Positions 1 through 11,889 of a stretch of DNA of 62,000 nt are shown here, in pieces. The position numbers were made by a program, and so were the translations under genes. Below the pieces are notes generated by a model. It had not been told where the DNA came from, made no database searches, and worked only from the letters and a program-made list of their open reading frames with translations. Every line of letters begins with the position of its first letter. Position 1 is the first letter of the stretch. Source of the DNA: Vicugna vicugna. Lineage: Eukaryota. The stretch spans positions 868,001 to 930,000 of the forward strand of contig MU058714.1 in the NCBI GenBank assembly GCA_013265495.1. The letters are read 5' to 3'.

Positions 1-329
1 TCTTGGTTCTTGGAATCCTTTGTTCTTGCAGCTGTCCATGTGGGTCAGGTCACGGTGTCCCTGTAAACCTCGAACAAAACAAATGTTATTTTCTATCCTG
101 CAATGTGTTATCCTTATATGATGGAAAAGTTTTAATATCCTTAAAGGGCAGAGCCTTGTGAATGGGCCCTCCTGTATATTCCAGGTTATAGGCATCATTC
201 TTTACAAAAGGTGCAGAAGCAGCAATGACTCAGCCCAGGAAAGAGCACAGGGTCAGAACCAAAGGAACGGGCCGAATATGGAGGCAGATTTGTCCTTTCC
301 TAGTCACTGGCTTTCATCCCTTCTCCACA
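1..329 (-). mobile_element. ERV LTR fragment (ERV1-like), truncated by the window start
   Basis: Resembles a reverse-oriented ERV1-type LTR and ends in ACA (TGT on the minus strand); family from memory only. Confidence 0.5.
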
Positions 330-2140
330 AAGAAGTCCCAAGGGCCGTGGACAGGGCGTCTGGTCCAGCGAAGGCTCAGAGCTTGTGTGCCAGCCTCCAG
401 ACTGAAGGGCCGGGCGCCTGTGCTGCAAGCTGGGCCCCGTGGGGACTGGGCCTGGGGCAGGTTTGCTTCCAACTCCCCCGCTCCTCACCCTGCTCCGAAT
501 TCTACACAGAACAGCCCCCAGCGTGGGGAGGAAGCGACCGGGGGCCAAGAACCCACTTCTGCTCCCTTCCTTGGGGGCTTCCTTCTCGGCCGGCTCTTTA
601 AGTCTGAGGCGCTGCAGAAAGTCTCGATTCTGGAAGAAGAAGAAATACAGACAGTGGGTGAAGGTTTTCCACACGAGACAACTTTTACCATAGTCCCCGG
701 GCTAATCGGGGGTCAGCCCCTTTTAAAAATGGAATAGCATTATTGTTTGTTTCTGCTTCTCAGAACCTCACTTGCTCAGGGCAGAAGATGTGTAAATAAA
801 ACAGAAAGGCACGCTGCAGGGGGAGAGACGCGCCTGCGCAGATGTGGCCGTATTTTTGGACGGGTGGGATGGGCAAGGAGGGAGGCGGGCTCACGTGGGC
901 TCCTGCGGCCGCGTCTCCATCTCCGCCTGCCAGTGCTGTCACTTCCCTTCCTCGCCTCTTCACACTTCGCTGTCAACAAAACATCTGACCTGCAGGGGGA
1001 GGGTGGCTTGGGTTCTGCTAAAAAGAGAGTAATGATGCTCAGACAAAAAGCAAAGTACTTTATGTCTATTTTGGTTTCTTTTAAGCTAAGCGCAGATTTC
1101 TCTGGGAAGGACAGGAGCTGGCTGGTCTCCCCGATGGAAAACAATAGCTCAGCAAGGTACCTGGTTTTCTCAAGTTGCTTGACCTCCAGGCTTGCTCCTG
1201 ATTCTTGGTGACAAAACACATTCAACGTCCTTGATTGATTTAGTAGAGAAACTGCAATATTGGAGGATGGAACGCAGCCCATCCTGCCTGCAAATGGAAC
1301 GCCTCTGCTCTGATGGTCTTGTGTTTTGATAAAAGATCAGCCAACAGCCGAGCTTGGAAGCTGTGAACACCCAGCCTCCTAGGTTCTTCGGGGCAACGTG
1401 CTACGTACCCCAGGCATCCGTCTAGACCCTCTCTCTGCCCTGGCTGTTCCCCCTAGATTGCCCCCTGACTTGTGTTGTATTTGACCTACACACTCAGGTT
1501 CTCTATGATTTGTTCTCTCTCTGCTGTGTCTTTGGCTTCTGATTGCCAAGTAGCCTGAGACTTAGGGCTGGAAGGAGTCTCCTGGTCTACCTTCACATCC
1601 TAAGACAACGTCCCCCCTTTCTGTATAGGAAGGTCAAAGGTTACCCTGTTGTTGGACATCAGCACTGGGCAGAAAAGCCCGTCCCCTCTCCGAGCTCCGC
1701 ATCTGCAGCCTGACGTCCACCCCCAGCAGGATCTCGTCCACACCCTCCCCCACCATCAGAGCTTGAATCAGTCCAGGTTTCACACATTTTTTGAGTTTTC
1801 ATGATTAAAGCATCTCAATTTAGAGACTTTGTGGAAAGCAGGCAATGTCCTTGCTTGTGAAAAATTGGAGACGTTGGACATCGGAACTGCCAGCCCCAGT
1901 GGCCGGCTGATCACATGCCATGGTAATGAGATCGCCGAGGTGGGAAATATTAGCCCTTGAATTTCCAGCCTGTCATTAGTCATAGATGCTCACTGGCGCT
2001 CACTGCCTTCCAGAAACCTCAAGCCACGCTTCCAAATGCTTCTCTAGGACGTGAATAGGGTCGCTCATGACACACTGGAACGAGGTTTGTTTTAAATGTC
2101 ACAATGCTGTGAAATGATTCAAACCCACTTAAAAAAATTA

Positions 2141-2270
2141 ACTTTATTTTTTTTGGTGGGGGGAGGGCAATTAGGTGGGGTTTTTTTTCTTTTAAACGGA
2201 GGTGCTGGGGATTGAGCCCAGGACTTCGTGCATGCCAAGCATCGCTCTACCCCTGAGCTTTACCCTCCCC
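2141..2270 (-). mobile_element. tRNA-Ala-derived SINE (camelid vic-1-like)
   Basis: Minus strand shows the GGGGAGGG-AGCTCAG...GGGCTCAATCCCCAGCACCTCC tRNA-like head with A-rich tail; homologous to the copies at 2411, 38425, 52515 and 55135. Confidence 0.85.
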
Positions 2271-2410
2271 TTCCAGCCCATTCTTGAACCTTCAGGTTGG
2301 GAGCTGGGCCTTCACCAGCCCCTTCCTGCTTTTTATATGGAACACAGCACTTTGACCCTGAAGTGTCCTTAGTGAGTCACCCTCTCCAGGTTTCTCTCGT
2401 CTCAGATGTG

Positions 2411-2568
2411 ATTTTCTCTTTTTTTTAAGTTTTTGGTTTTTGGAGGGGGAAGGTGGTTCAATTTATTTATTTATTTCATTTATTTTTTAAATGGAGGTGC
2501 TGGGGATTGAACCTAGGACCTCATATATGCTAAGCATGCACTCTACCACTGAGCTATGCTCACCCCTC
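2411..2568 (-). mobile_element. tRNA-derived SINE (vic-1-like) with 15-bp target-site duplication
   Basis: A/B-box head on the minus strand; TSD CTCGTCTCAGATGTG at 2396-2410 and 2569-2583. Confidence 0.9.
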
Positions 2569-2924
2569 CTCGTCTCAGATGTGGAGACTGAGGACAGAGA
2601 GCGGCAGAGGTTCTGGTGATGACTGCAGGAACCGGTGGTCAGCTGGGGTCAGAACGTGTGCATCCAACCCTCAGCCCAGGGCACGGCTCTGAAAGGCCTC
2701 TTGGTTCTGGGGTCGCATTTGTGAAACGGTGGAGGGCGTGTTTTGTGATGTAGTTGGGGGGAGGGGGGAGTCTTGTTCCGATTTAGTAGATGGGAGATTG
2801 GATGATTGCGTCCCAGTATTCATTTGTCCAGTGCAAATATTTACTGAGGGCCCACCCGGGCTGGCACGGAACCACTGGGGGAGAATGTTGCCTAATATCC
2901 CCACGTCTGACTGATTTGGAGTTG

Positions 2925-3078
2925 TCGTCAGGGTTACCTGATTAAAAAATACAGATCCTGAATCCCTGTCCTCTGTCTCCCTGTGATCCAGCAGGTTTGA
3001 GGTGGGACCCAGGCATCTTTATTTCAAAACGGTTTCCGAAGTGATCCTGCCAGCCGGCCAGGGTTGGGTCCCACGGGC
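2925..3078. mobile_element. MER5-like hAT-Charlie MITE
   Basis: Motifs ttaaaaaatacagat, gtgggacccaggcatct and aagtgatcctg resemble the MER5 consensus. Confidence 0.55.
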
Positions 3079-3884
3079 TGCTCTACCCCATCCACCCAGG
3101 ACGGCAGCCGGGGAGAGGGGCTTTCCCAGGGTGACTCACCTTACAGGAGGGGAGACCGAGGCGCACACGGCCTAAGTGGCTTTCCCCAGGTCACAGGGCC
3201 AGTTAGGAACGGGCAGGTTTAATGCTGCTGCTTTTCTGTAGTTGTGGCGTCCAGTGGCGGGGCCCGCGGACCTTAGCCTTCACTGCTGTGTGCAGCAGGG
3301 CGCCTGAGCAGCGGCCAGAGTTGTGCTGCTGCCTTCAGGGGAGGGCAGAGTCTTCTCAGGCCCCTGCGTCCTGAAGCCTCTGCTGGTGACATGGGGGATA
3401 TTTTGTCAACCACAGAGAACAAGGAAAAGGAAGATTTTAGCCTCCATCTGTGTTTTGGTGAATTTGTCCTGAGTTTTTTTTTTTGTATTAAATTACAGTC
3501 ATTTTACAATGTTGTGCCCTGAGTTTTAGTGGGAGAATTGGACTCATCTGGATATAATAACTGAAAGACTGTTTAGAATGATAGCAATTTAATCCAAGAA
3601 TTTTTATTAAACACTTGCTATGTGCTAGGTGAGAACAGTCTGGCATTGCCCTATCCACCCAGCTGTTGAAAGGAACATAAGCGCCATCAAGATTTTGGTA
3701 AGGAATGCCACATTGTGTCAAGGCCCTAGAGAACCACACTGAGGAAGAGGGGGACTTTCAGAGCTCAGCGTGAGGTTTTAGGCTCATAAAGCCCCCGGGG
3801 CCGCCGGATTTCGCCCTAGCTGGAGACCTGGGTTACTGGCGTTGCATCGGGCGCTGACTATATACACACGTCCATCCGCGCGGG

Positions 3885-4035
3885 TTAATTTTATCCCTCG
3901 AGGTGGGTATTATTAACCTAGTTGTACAACTGGGAAAACTGAAGCTGAAGTAGTGAAGGGACTGACCAAGGTCACGGAGATAGAAAGTGACACAGCTGAA
4001 ATGCAGATCGAGGTGGGCCTGACCTCAAAGCCCAA
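3885..4035 (-). mobile_element. MIR SINE
   Basis: Degenerate core gaaaactgaagct...ccaaggtcac matching the reverse MIR core. Confidence 0.65.
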
Positions 4036-4769
4036 GAGCAAAGGGGAAGATGAGCCTCTGTGCCGCCTGCCTGGCTTTATCTCACGGTTCCATGTGTGTC
4101 TCACTAGACACTACTGGAGGCAGGCGCTGCTGCGGGTCTGTATTCCCCCCGCAGGGGACACAGCTCTCCACACGGTGCAAATAGGCAACGTTCACGGAGC
4201 AGAGCAGTAAAGTAACGCAGGAGGCTGCCACGCACGGAAATCTGTAGCGTTCAGCTGTTTGCACACGATGCTGTATCACAATAAGCATCAACCGCTCAGA
4301 AAATAGGATGAGTTAAACAAAATGTTACAATTGTCAAAATTAATTTTTTCACTTAGTGTTCTCTGAAAAAATTAAAAATCAAATGTGATTGATACTGTGG
4401 AGGATACTGCACCCCCCCAACAATCCAATTTTTTTTGTTATGTTGTCAGTGGTTCTTTCTGAAGCTTTTGCTGCTTTTTCAAAATCTGGAGGCAGCAAAA
4501 TGTCAGTTTCTTTAATTTCAGAAGCACGTAGGTCCATTTGTAATAATAAAAGCTTTTTAAAAAATTAACACAGTTTCATCTATAGGACTGATTTGATATG
4601 ACGCATCTATTGAAGAATGGCGATACATTCTGGAAAGCGGAATTGTGGTAACCATGGTAACGGGGGGGACAGGGCCCTTTCTCGCCATCGCCTGGGAAAC
4701 ACGGCCAGAACGCTCCGAAGAAGTTTGGCCTACTAGGCACGCCGTAGGGCGCGGTGCATGCTGGGCCTC

Positions 4770-5550
4770 GCAACATGGCGTCCTCCTTGGTGTGCTGATG
4801 AGAGGAGTTTCACTGTAGCTTCAAACTAGAGGGCAAAGCTCTCCAAACCCAATAAGCCCACATTACCCGTTTTACCCGCGGCTCCGTGTTGCCGGGTCCT
4901 CAGGACTCGTTCTCAGGCAGGAGAGAGCCACGGGGCCGGAGGCCAGGGCCGGCCAGGCCGCGCGGGTCCGGGGCTGAGGAGCCGGCTGCGGGCGAGCACG
5001 ATGGGCCAGTCCTGGCCTTGGTTGCAGCAGCTCCGGCGAGTGCGGGACCCGCAGGGCTGAGAGTGGCTGGAGGAGGCCCGAGGCGCTCTGACCCTCTTCC
5101 CCTCGGCCGGAGCCCTCAGCCCAGCCGGCGATCGCGCACCGAGAGCGGGCGGCCTGCCTGTCCGCCGTTGGAGGCCGAGAGCAGGGTCATCGTGAGGCCT
5201 GGAGTACCGCACGCCTTTGACAGCTCCGCTCGCAGCCCCTCCGGGAACGGACAGCCTCAGAAGCAGCCGGCGGCTTGGGATCTGGGGGCGTGTGTGCCCG
5301 TGCGGAGCTCCTTGGGTTCCCTCAGCTTCCACCGCTCTTCCCACCCGCTCCGACTTCCCGCGCAGAGTTAGAAGGATCGCAGACTTTTTGCCCGAGTAAG
5401 GGTCTCTGCACACTCTCCAACCACTTCTTTTTCTACTTCCCCTTTTTCTGGTTTTTTTTTTCCCCCGCCAGTTCTAGTACACACTAGTTTTTAAGGCTGG
5501 AGGTTCTCGAGCGCTTACTGCCCAGGACTCCTCCACCCCCTCCCCCGCTC
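4770..5550 (+). other. RPTOR: Probable long GC-rich 5' UTR of RPTOR (TSS approximate)
   Basis: TSS inferred near the ZNF143/YY1 motif pair; contains upstream ATGs at 4775, 4798 and 5001. Confidence 0.6.
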
Positions 5551-5712
5551 ATGGAGTCCGAGATGCTGCAGTCGCCTCTCCTGGGGCTTGGGGAGGAAGA
5601 TGAGGCCGACCTTACAGACTGGAACCTGCCTTTGGCTTTTATGAAAAAGAGGCACTGTGAGAAAATCGAAGGCTCCAAATCCCTAGCTCAGAGCTGGAGG
5701 ATGAAGGATCGG
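5551..5712 (+). CDS. RPTOR: Regulatory-associated protein of mTOR (Raptor), coding exon 1 (aa 1-54)
   Basis: Translates to MESEMLQSPLLGLGEEDEADLTDWNLPLAFMKKRHCEKIEGSKSLAQSWRMKDR, the recognised mammalian Raptor N-terminus; followed by a canonical donor CGG|GTAAGT at 5713 (phase 0). Confidence 0.98.
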
Positions 5713-8619
5713 GTAAGTGGATTGCGACTGCGCCCCTTGGATCTTGGTAGTTTTTTCAAGGAAGAAAGTTCAGGGCCAGAGAGTGCCCTTGGGAAAGCGG
5801 CAATATTTTTTCCCAGCCACATGTTGCAAGTCAACCAGAAGGCACAAACCATTTCAGACTCCGGTTTTTGGCTGTAAGTGGAAAAGGCTGTTTTGGTTGG
5901 TAGTTATTCACTGGATAGTGTTAATTTGATTCAAACTAAGTCCTAATTCAGACAAGAAAGGTTAAGCGAGTTAGAAAATACATTACTGTACGGGTATGTA
6001 CACCCTCTTTGATACACTAAGCCCTCTTAATAGTTAGAGGAAAGACAACTTGGGATATAATATTTGCACCCATGTGGTTGGTCTACTTTTGTGGCTAGTT
6101 TACTTTTTTTGTCCAAGCTAGGTGAAGTGCAGATGTCTAATATAGTACACAAGGAAACAAGGTTACTGGCTAATGTTCAGCTAGTAACAAATTAATGCAA
6201 AGTTATTTTAAAGTTACAATGAACTTCATCATAGCCTTCTAAACAATTTGTCTTGAATCTGGACTTTCCTCCTTTTATGTGGTCCCATGTTACGTGGAGA
6301 TGGAATTTCTCTGATAGTGGGATTGGAGTATGGTGGGTTGAACTTGGGTCTAGGTTTTAGGGGGTCTTCATGGTGTTAGAGTGTGGATAGCAACTCACAA
6401 GCAGCTGGTAGGAAGGAAAACAGTCAGTTTTGTTGAATCTGTCTTTAGTTAACCATCTATTTCCTGGTTTCCACAGCAAAAGGGTGGGACTGTCTCCTCT
6501 ATGCACGCTTATAATTTGTGTACTGTTTTCTCCTTCGAGACAATATTTATTTGAACATTTTCATATAAGAGGGGTAGTTGGTGTTAATAACGCAGTGTTT
6601 GCCTCAGGCTCATGAGTATGTTTATATAAGACTGTTCTTAGTGTATGATGTTGAGCATATACAGGATTACCCTTATGGTAATTCTAGTTAGTCACTGGTA
6701 ACTGGTGCTTCATTTGTTACTTGGCATACCTTTAAAAGGTTAGGAAAATTTGTTTCATCTAAAAGTAGTTTAGGGAGTAAGAGAGATGGTCATTGGAAGA
6801 GATTGTGTAAAGTCTGTCCTGTGGACATCTTTATACTAATTATGTAGTTTAAAGCTTTTGTGGTTGCTAGGCTTATATGAAAAGATTTATTTTAAAAGTC
6901 ACTGTGATTTTTTTTTCATGAAGGGCATGTTTTTTTCCTTTTGAAATGTAGTTCCCTTTGCTACCCCAAACCCATGCTCAGACTGTTCAAAACTGATTAT
7001 TGGATATATTTTTGATTTTCTAATTAAAATTAATCTGTGAATGATCAGCATTTCCTGAGAAGCTCTTCATAAGTTATTTAAGAGGAAGGAAAGTTCTGTG
7101 AGTCTGAGTAATGACTGAGATCGCTGCTTAGAAAGAGCCAGGGGAGAAAGTGCTGTATCCGACCTTTGCAAGTTGTTTAATAAAGAACAAAACCAGCAGC
7201 TAACGTTTTGGGTTCAGTCTTGAGAGCTCAGCGTCCTAGCAGTCCTTGTATAGTCTTTCCCCTGGTTAGACCCTGGGTGGGTCTTGTCAGCACACTCTGC
7301 CAGGACAAAGGGTGCAGATCCAAGTGATGCTGAGAGCTGGGAGGCAGTGGGAACGTGTGGGGCAGGCCAGGTATGAGGAGGGCAAAGGCACAGGCTCACA
7401 GAGAAGTGGCAGCTGAGCTTTGACTGGCGTCCGACTTTCTGAAGAGCACGTGCCGCAGCTCAAAGGGCAGCGGGGCCTCGGCCAGGTCTCTCTCCCTTTC
7501 TCTCTCACTCTTTTCTTTGAGAAGCCAGAAAACTTTTTTTTTTTCTAAATGTGAAGTTTTCCAGTTTTAAAATCCTGGAAATAATTCAAATGTTACAAAG
7601 CGTGAAGTGGTGCAGCCGCGCGGCTGATTCTGGCCGGCGGGGTTCACGTCTGACCTCACGACCCTAGGAGCCCTGCGCGCACAGGCACGCGGGCGGGCCG
7701 GTTCCCACGGGCTGACGCCGCAGCTGTGGGCCCGCTGTCCTGTGCGGGGACCTCCGTGGACCACTTCTCCTGCCGGGCCAGCCACCCCCTCAGTGCAGGC
7801 TCGGTCACTGCTTCTTGCCGTGATCCGAATGCAAGTCCACGTCCTCCGTGTGTACGTACTAGCGGTAGCTTACTGCTGTCCCTCTTGGTGGAGTTAAGGG
7901 TTCTTTAGACTGACATCTTGACCAAAGTTGAGCAACGACGCCATGCAGTTTTCTGCCACCAGCCCTTGGCCTGTCCTCACAGAGCGACAGGGCACTCACA
8001 CCCCCGGTCGGGATTCCCACCATCTTGGTATTGAGTCATCCCTGGTTTTCAGATGCCGCTGTTACTGCATTTTGATTACTAAGTTACTGCGAGTGTGATA
8101 CTGTTACCATCCAGTTAGCTTGTTGTTTGGGTAATTCTGTGTGCAGTGACTGTGTATATGCATCAGTGGCATTTTTGATGTGTAGTTTTCAAATAACTGG
8201 GCATATAAACCACAGTTCAAAATGAATCATTCTCAGACCTACGGCCAGAGCAGAGGTGTGTGTAACTCCCCGCTTTGTGTTTTCCTGTGAGACTTTACAG
8301 TCATCACAGAGCTCATTTTCCCACTGGAAAGTGGGCATGTGGGGATAGCTGGTCTCAGACGGATCCTGCGGAACCAGGACGGCTTGAGGGCTCTGAAAAA
8401 ACCTGTCCCCAGACTCCCTGTACCTGCATGTGTGGGAGATGATGCTGTAAAGTGATGAAGTCATTTCCCAAACCAGGCTCGGACTTAGTCACCCGCTGTG
8501 CAGCGGTGCTTGACTGCACCAGCTGATGTCCGCACAGCCAGGTGTTAGGCTGTCTTCTGAGCAGGGTGAATCGTCAGACTTCCTGACCTCCTCAGTCCCT
8601 CTGTTTCCTCACCTCGCAT

Positions 8620-9770
8620 GCCCTCCTCAGCCGGCTCCACCCAGACTCTCTCCCACACACTCGGACTGCCCTCCACAAGGTCATCGTTGCTGCTAAACCC
8701 ATCACTCCTCTGTCCTTATCTTTCCCCCTTCTCAGCAGCATTCCAGGTGGACCACTCCCTCCTTCAGGAAGCCCTTTCTGCACTTGCTTCTGTGTCTTCC
8801 TGAAGCCCCAGGTCTTCCCGAGGTCACTAGTCGCTGCTCCTCAGACTCCCGTGCTGGGTGGCAGCGAGTGTGGAGCCCCCAGAACTTGATCTGGGCCCGT
8901 TCTCTGCTCTGCGTGCCCCTCGCTAGCTGCTCTTGTCCAGTCTCATGGTTCCGCACGTCAGCTTCGCGCCATGACTCTCAGAACCCCGTCTTTAGTCCTG
9001 CCTCCTGGAGCTCCTGTCTCAGGTGCCTGGTTGTCCACTTTGCCTGGGTTTTCTCCATCACAAGACACCCCAGCACCGCCCACTCTGTTGTTCAAGCTGT
9101 GAGTCTATAATTTATCCTCAGTGACTCTCTTCCTCATCGTGCTGTGCGTTCCATCAGTAGAGCCTGTCAGCTTCGCCTCCGAAGTGTGTCCCACATTGGA
9201 CCACCTGTTTTGTCTCCACCGTGCGAGCCCAGGCCAGGCAGCTACCACCTTTCACCTGGACGATGAGAATCGTGTCCTGGCTGGTCTCCTGGGTCTGCTC
9301 TTGCCCTGCAGTTGATCCCTCAGAGGGGTCAGAGGGACTTTTTAAAACTGTCAATCAGATCCTGTCGCTCCCTTACCGGGCCTGTCCACCGGCCTCCTAG
9401 TGCCTGAAGGAGAACGCAGACTCCACGCTGCTGCCCGGAGCTGCGTGCTCTGGCCCCGCCTGCTTTTTCTGCTTCCCGGATGGAAAGGCCTGGAATGCTC
9501 TTCTTTCTGATCTTTGCACACCAGGCTCCTTCCTGTCACTGGTACCCAGCTCTAGGCCACTTCCTCAGAGAAGCCTCCCCTGGTCACCCCATCTTAAGCA
9601 GCTCCCCAGTCGCTCATGATCACTCTTTATGCCTCTGATATTTTTCTTCAAACCTCCACCCCTAGAAATGAGCTTTTTACCATAAAGCAAGGACCTTGTC
9701 TCTGCTAGTGTAGAGGACGGTGCTGGGCACACAGCAGGGACTCAGTAAAAATGCACTGACGAGAAAAAGG
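8620..9770 (+). mobile_element. LINE-2 3' fragment
   Basis: Relic RT motif SAAFQVDHSLL (L2: SAAFDTVDHSLL) near 8730, and an L2 3' end (gtgctgggcacacagcagggactcagtaaa) near 9720-9750. Confidence 0.75.
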
Positions 9771-9899
9771 GCTTCCACGTGGGTGATGTCTTCGAAGGCT
9801 CAGTAGCACCTCTGCCACCTGTGGGTCGTTCTCTCTGCGGGACTGACGAGGGGGCTGAAGCCAGATTAGACGGCTTCCCCGAAGGGCAGAAGGAAGTGG

Positions 9900-11280
9900 A
9901 ACCTGAGACCCAAAGCCTGGCTGAAAAACCAGCGTGCACAGCTGTGCACAGCGCCACGCTGAGAGGCCACGGAGGCCGGAAGAGAATGTCTGGGGAGGGG
10001 GACTGCGAAGGTGGCGGGGACACAAAAACAAACTGTCATCCAAGCAGCAGAAGGCTGGTGGCGCAGCCCAGCTGCCTCTGTTGTGATAATGGAAGACCTG
10101 CGTTGCTGGCCTGTCCCCGTGCTGACAGCTGCGTGGATGGTGACACTGCCCGAGCCCCGATGGGCCCGGTGGCGCCAGACCGTGCTGGTCCTTGCTGTTC
10201 CTCGGTGCCAGGCGCGTGCAGTGTAAAAAAAACGGTTTCACTTCAGAATGCCCTTGATAAAGCACTGGAAATGATTCGTTTTCTTAAACCGTGGCTCTTC
10301 GGGCCCCGCCTTTTCCATCCTCTGCCCGCTGCGTGGTTGTCCCGGGACGCGACCCGGGCTGGGCGGGAGGAGGCGGCGGCCGCCCCGCAGCTCAGGCTCC
10401 GCGGGTGTTTTCTCGGAAGCAACCATGGGAGCCTCGCTCCCAGGAAGACAACCCGCAGTGTTTGTTGCCAGTGATGAAATGAGGGCTTCCAAGTAGAACT
10501 TAAGAGTTTCAGAAAACCCGTCTCTGCCGCCGTGAGCTTCCCAGTGCTCAAAGATGTTTCTGATGAGATGGTGGTAACAGTAATGATTTTTTTTATATTG
10601 TATAATGGAACGTGTCCATATTTGGAACATCTGCGTAATTCAGTGAACCAGTATTTCCACGTGACCAGTGCCTGATACTGTAAGGTCACGCATGGGTCCG
10701 AGAGCCGAAGTTAGGCCGACAGATGTTAACACAGTAGGGTATGAAGGCATTGCTGTGGTTTCAGATGGATTAAATTTCCTATTTTCTGCTCTATTCAGAG
10801 AGACTGCAGCAAACCTTTAAGAGAAGAAACCACCCTTTACTGAGTTTTGCTATAATATCAAAGAGGAACATTGTCAGTTGTTTGGCTCCTCAGGTACTTC
10901 TGCCCTTTCCAGCTACGTATCTTTCTGAGGCCGTATTTTTGTCACCTTCAACCAGAACAACGTATCACAGCAGACGGATGCAGACTCTGGGTGCTCAGCT
11001 GTCTTCTATTAAGGCAGACATTAACGAGGTTCGCAAAGAATGTGTCACTTGCCTAGCAGTTTTCTGAAAATATAGTTATTTTTCATAGAAATATTTATTG
11101 AAAATGTAATGAGTTTATAATTTTTAAATGAATTAATAAGGAAATATGTTGCTTTTTTTTTTTTTTTTTGCTTTGACCTCTAATATGGAAACTACTGGTA
11201 AACGTAGTTCATAGAAAAGCTCTTTGGGAGCTTCAGGCATCTGTAAGAGTGTCTTGTTACCAAATGCTTGAGACTTGTTA
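9900..11280 (+). mobile_element. Charlie1-like hAT DNA transposon relic (copy 1; 5' boundary approximate)
   Basis: Degenerate transposase text LQNALDKALEMIRFLK (Charlie-type VLDEAVKIINFIK); colinear similarity to copy 2 at 37600-38736. Confidence 0.8.
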
Positions 11281-11889
11281 GTGTGGTTAAAAGAGAGCGG
11301 GCATCCAGCTTAAACCAGGAAGACGGGCTTGCGGGTATCAGGTGGTCGTCCAGGAACAGTCAAGCGTGACCGGGAACCAGGAGCACGTCTCGGAGGGGCC
11401 TGCTCTGCTCCTGCCGCCTCCCAGCTGGCGCCGTGCTGCCTCTGTGACTGGAGGCATCTGCCTTCCAAGCAGCCAGTTGGCCCCCCTCGGGGCCACCTCC
11501 CGTTGCCCCGGATGTCTCGTGCGCGTCCTGGAGGAAGACACGCTGCCACTCACCCCAGACGCCCCGTTCTGTGCCGCAAGAGAATGGGTCCAGTGGGGCG
11601 AGGGGCGGGAGCCAGAGGGCGTCACTTCAGCTCGGAGGTTTATTGCTCACTGACAGTGAGGTGTCATACCTCAGTGTCTGGTCGGACAGACGGACATGTC
11701 AACACCAAATTATAACACACTGTGTGTATATACACACGGAGTGGGGCGGACATGGTTACCGGGGAAGCCTCGAGCCTACAGTAAATAAGTGAATTATTTG
11801 CACTGAACATGTTTTCATGAATCGTGTATGTCAGTCCCGTTGCCCCAGCATTGAGCTCTCAGCAGCTCACGGCTGTCGGTGTCGTCGGC

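Larger units (their letters stand above)
4620..5740 (+). promoter_or_regulatory. CpG-island promoter and first exon of RPTOR
   Basis: Sharp rise in GC and CpG density spanning the start codon. RFX-like GTAACCATGGTAAC (4648-4661), ZNF143/SBS-like GGTGCATGCTGGG (4753-4765), YY1-like CAACATGGCG (4771-4780); no obvious TATA box. Confidence 0.85.

Noticed and set aside
4795..4830. CTGATGA hammerhead-ribozyme core or snoRNA C-box lookalike
   Set aside because: No GAAA after a proper stem II, and no convincing flanking helices or D-box terminal stem.
5713..5877. Extension of the exon 1 ORF to 108 aa
   Set aside because: Read-through past the canonical donor into intron 1; not Raptor sequence.
9779..10474. 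231-aa ORF as a domesticated hAT transposase
   Set aside because: Only a short patch resembles the transposase; the rest is deleted or frameshifted relative to copy 2.
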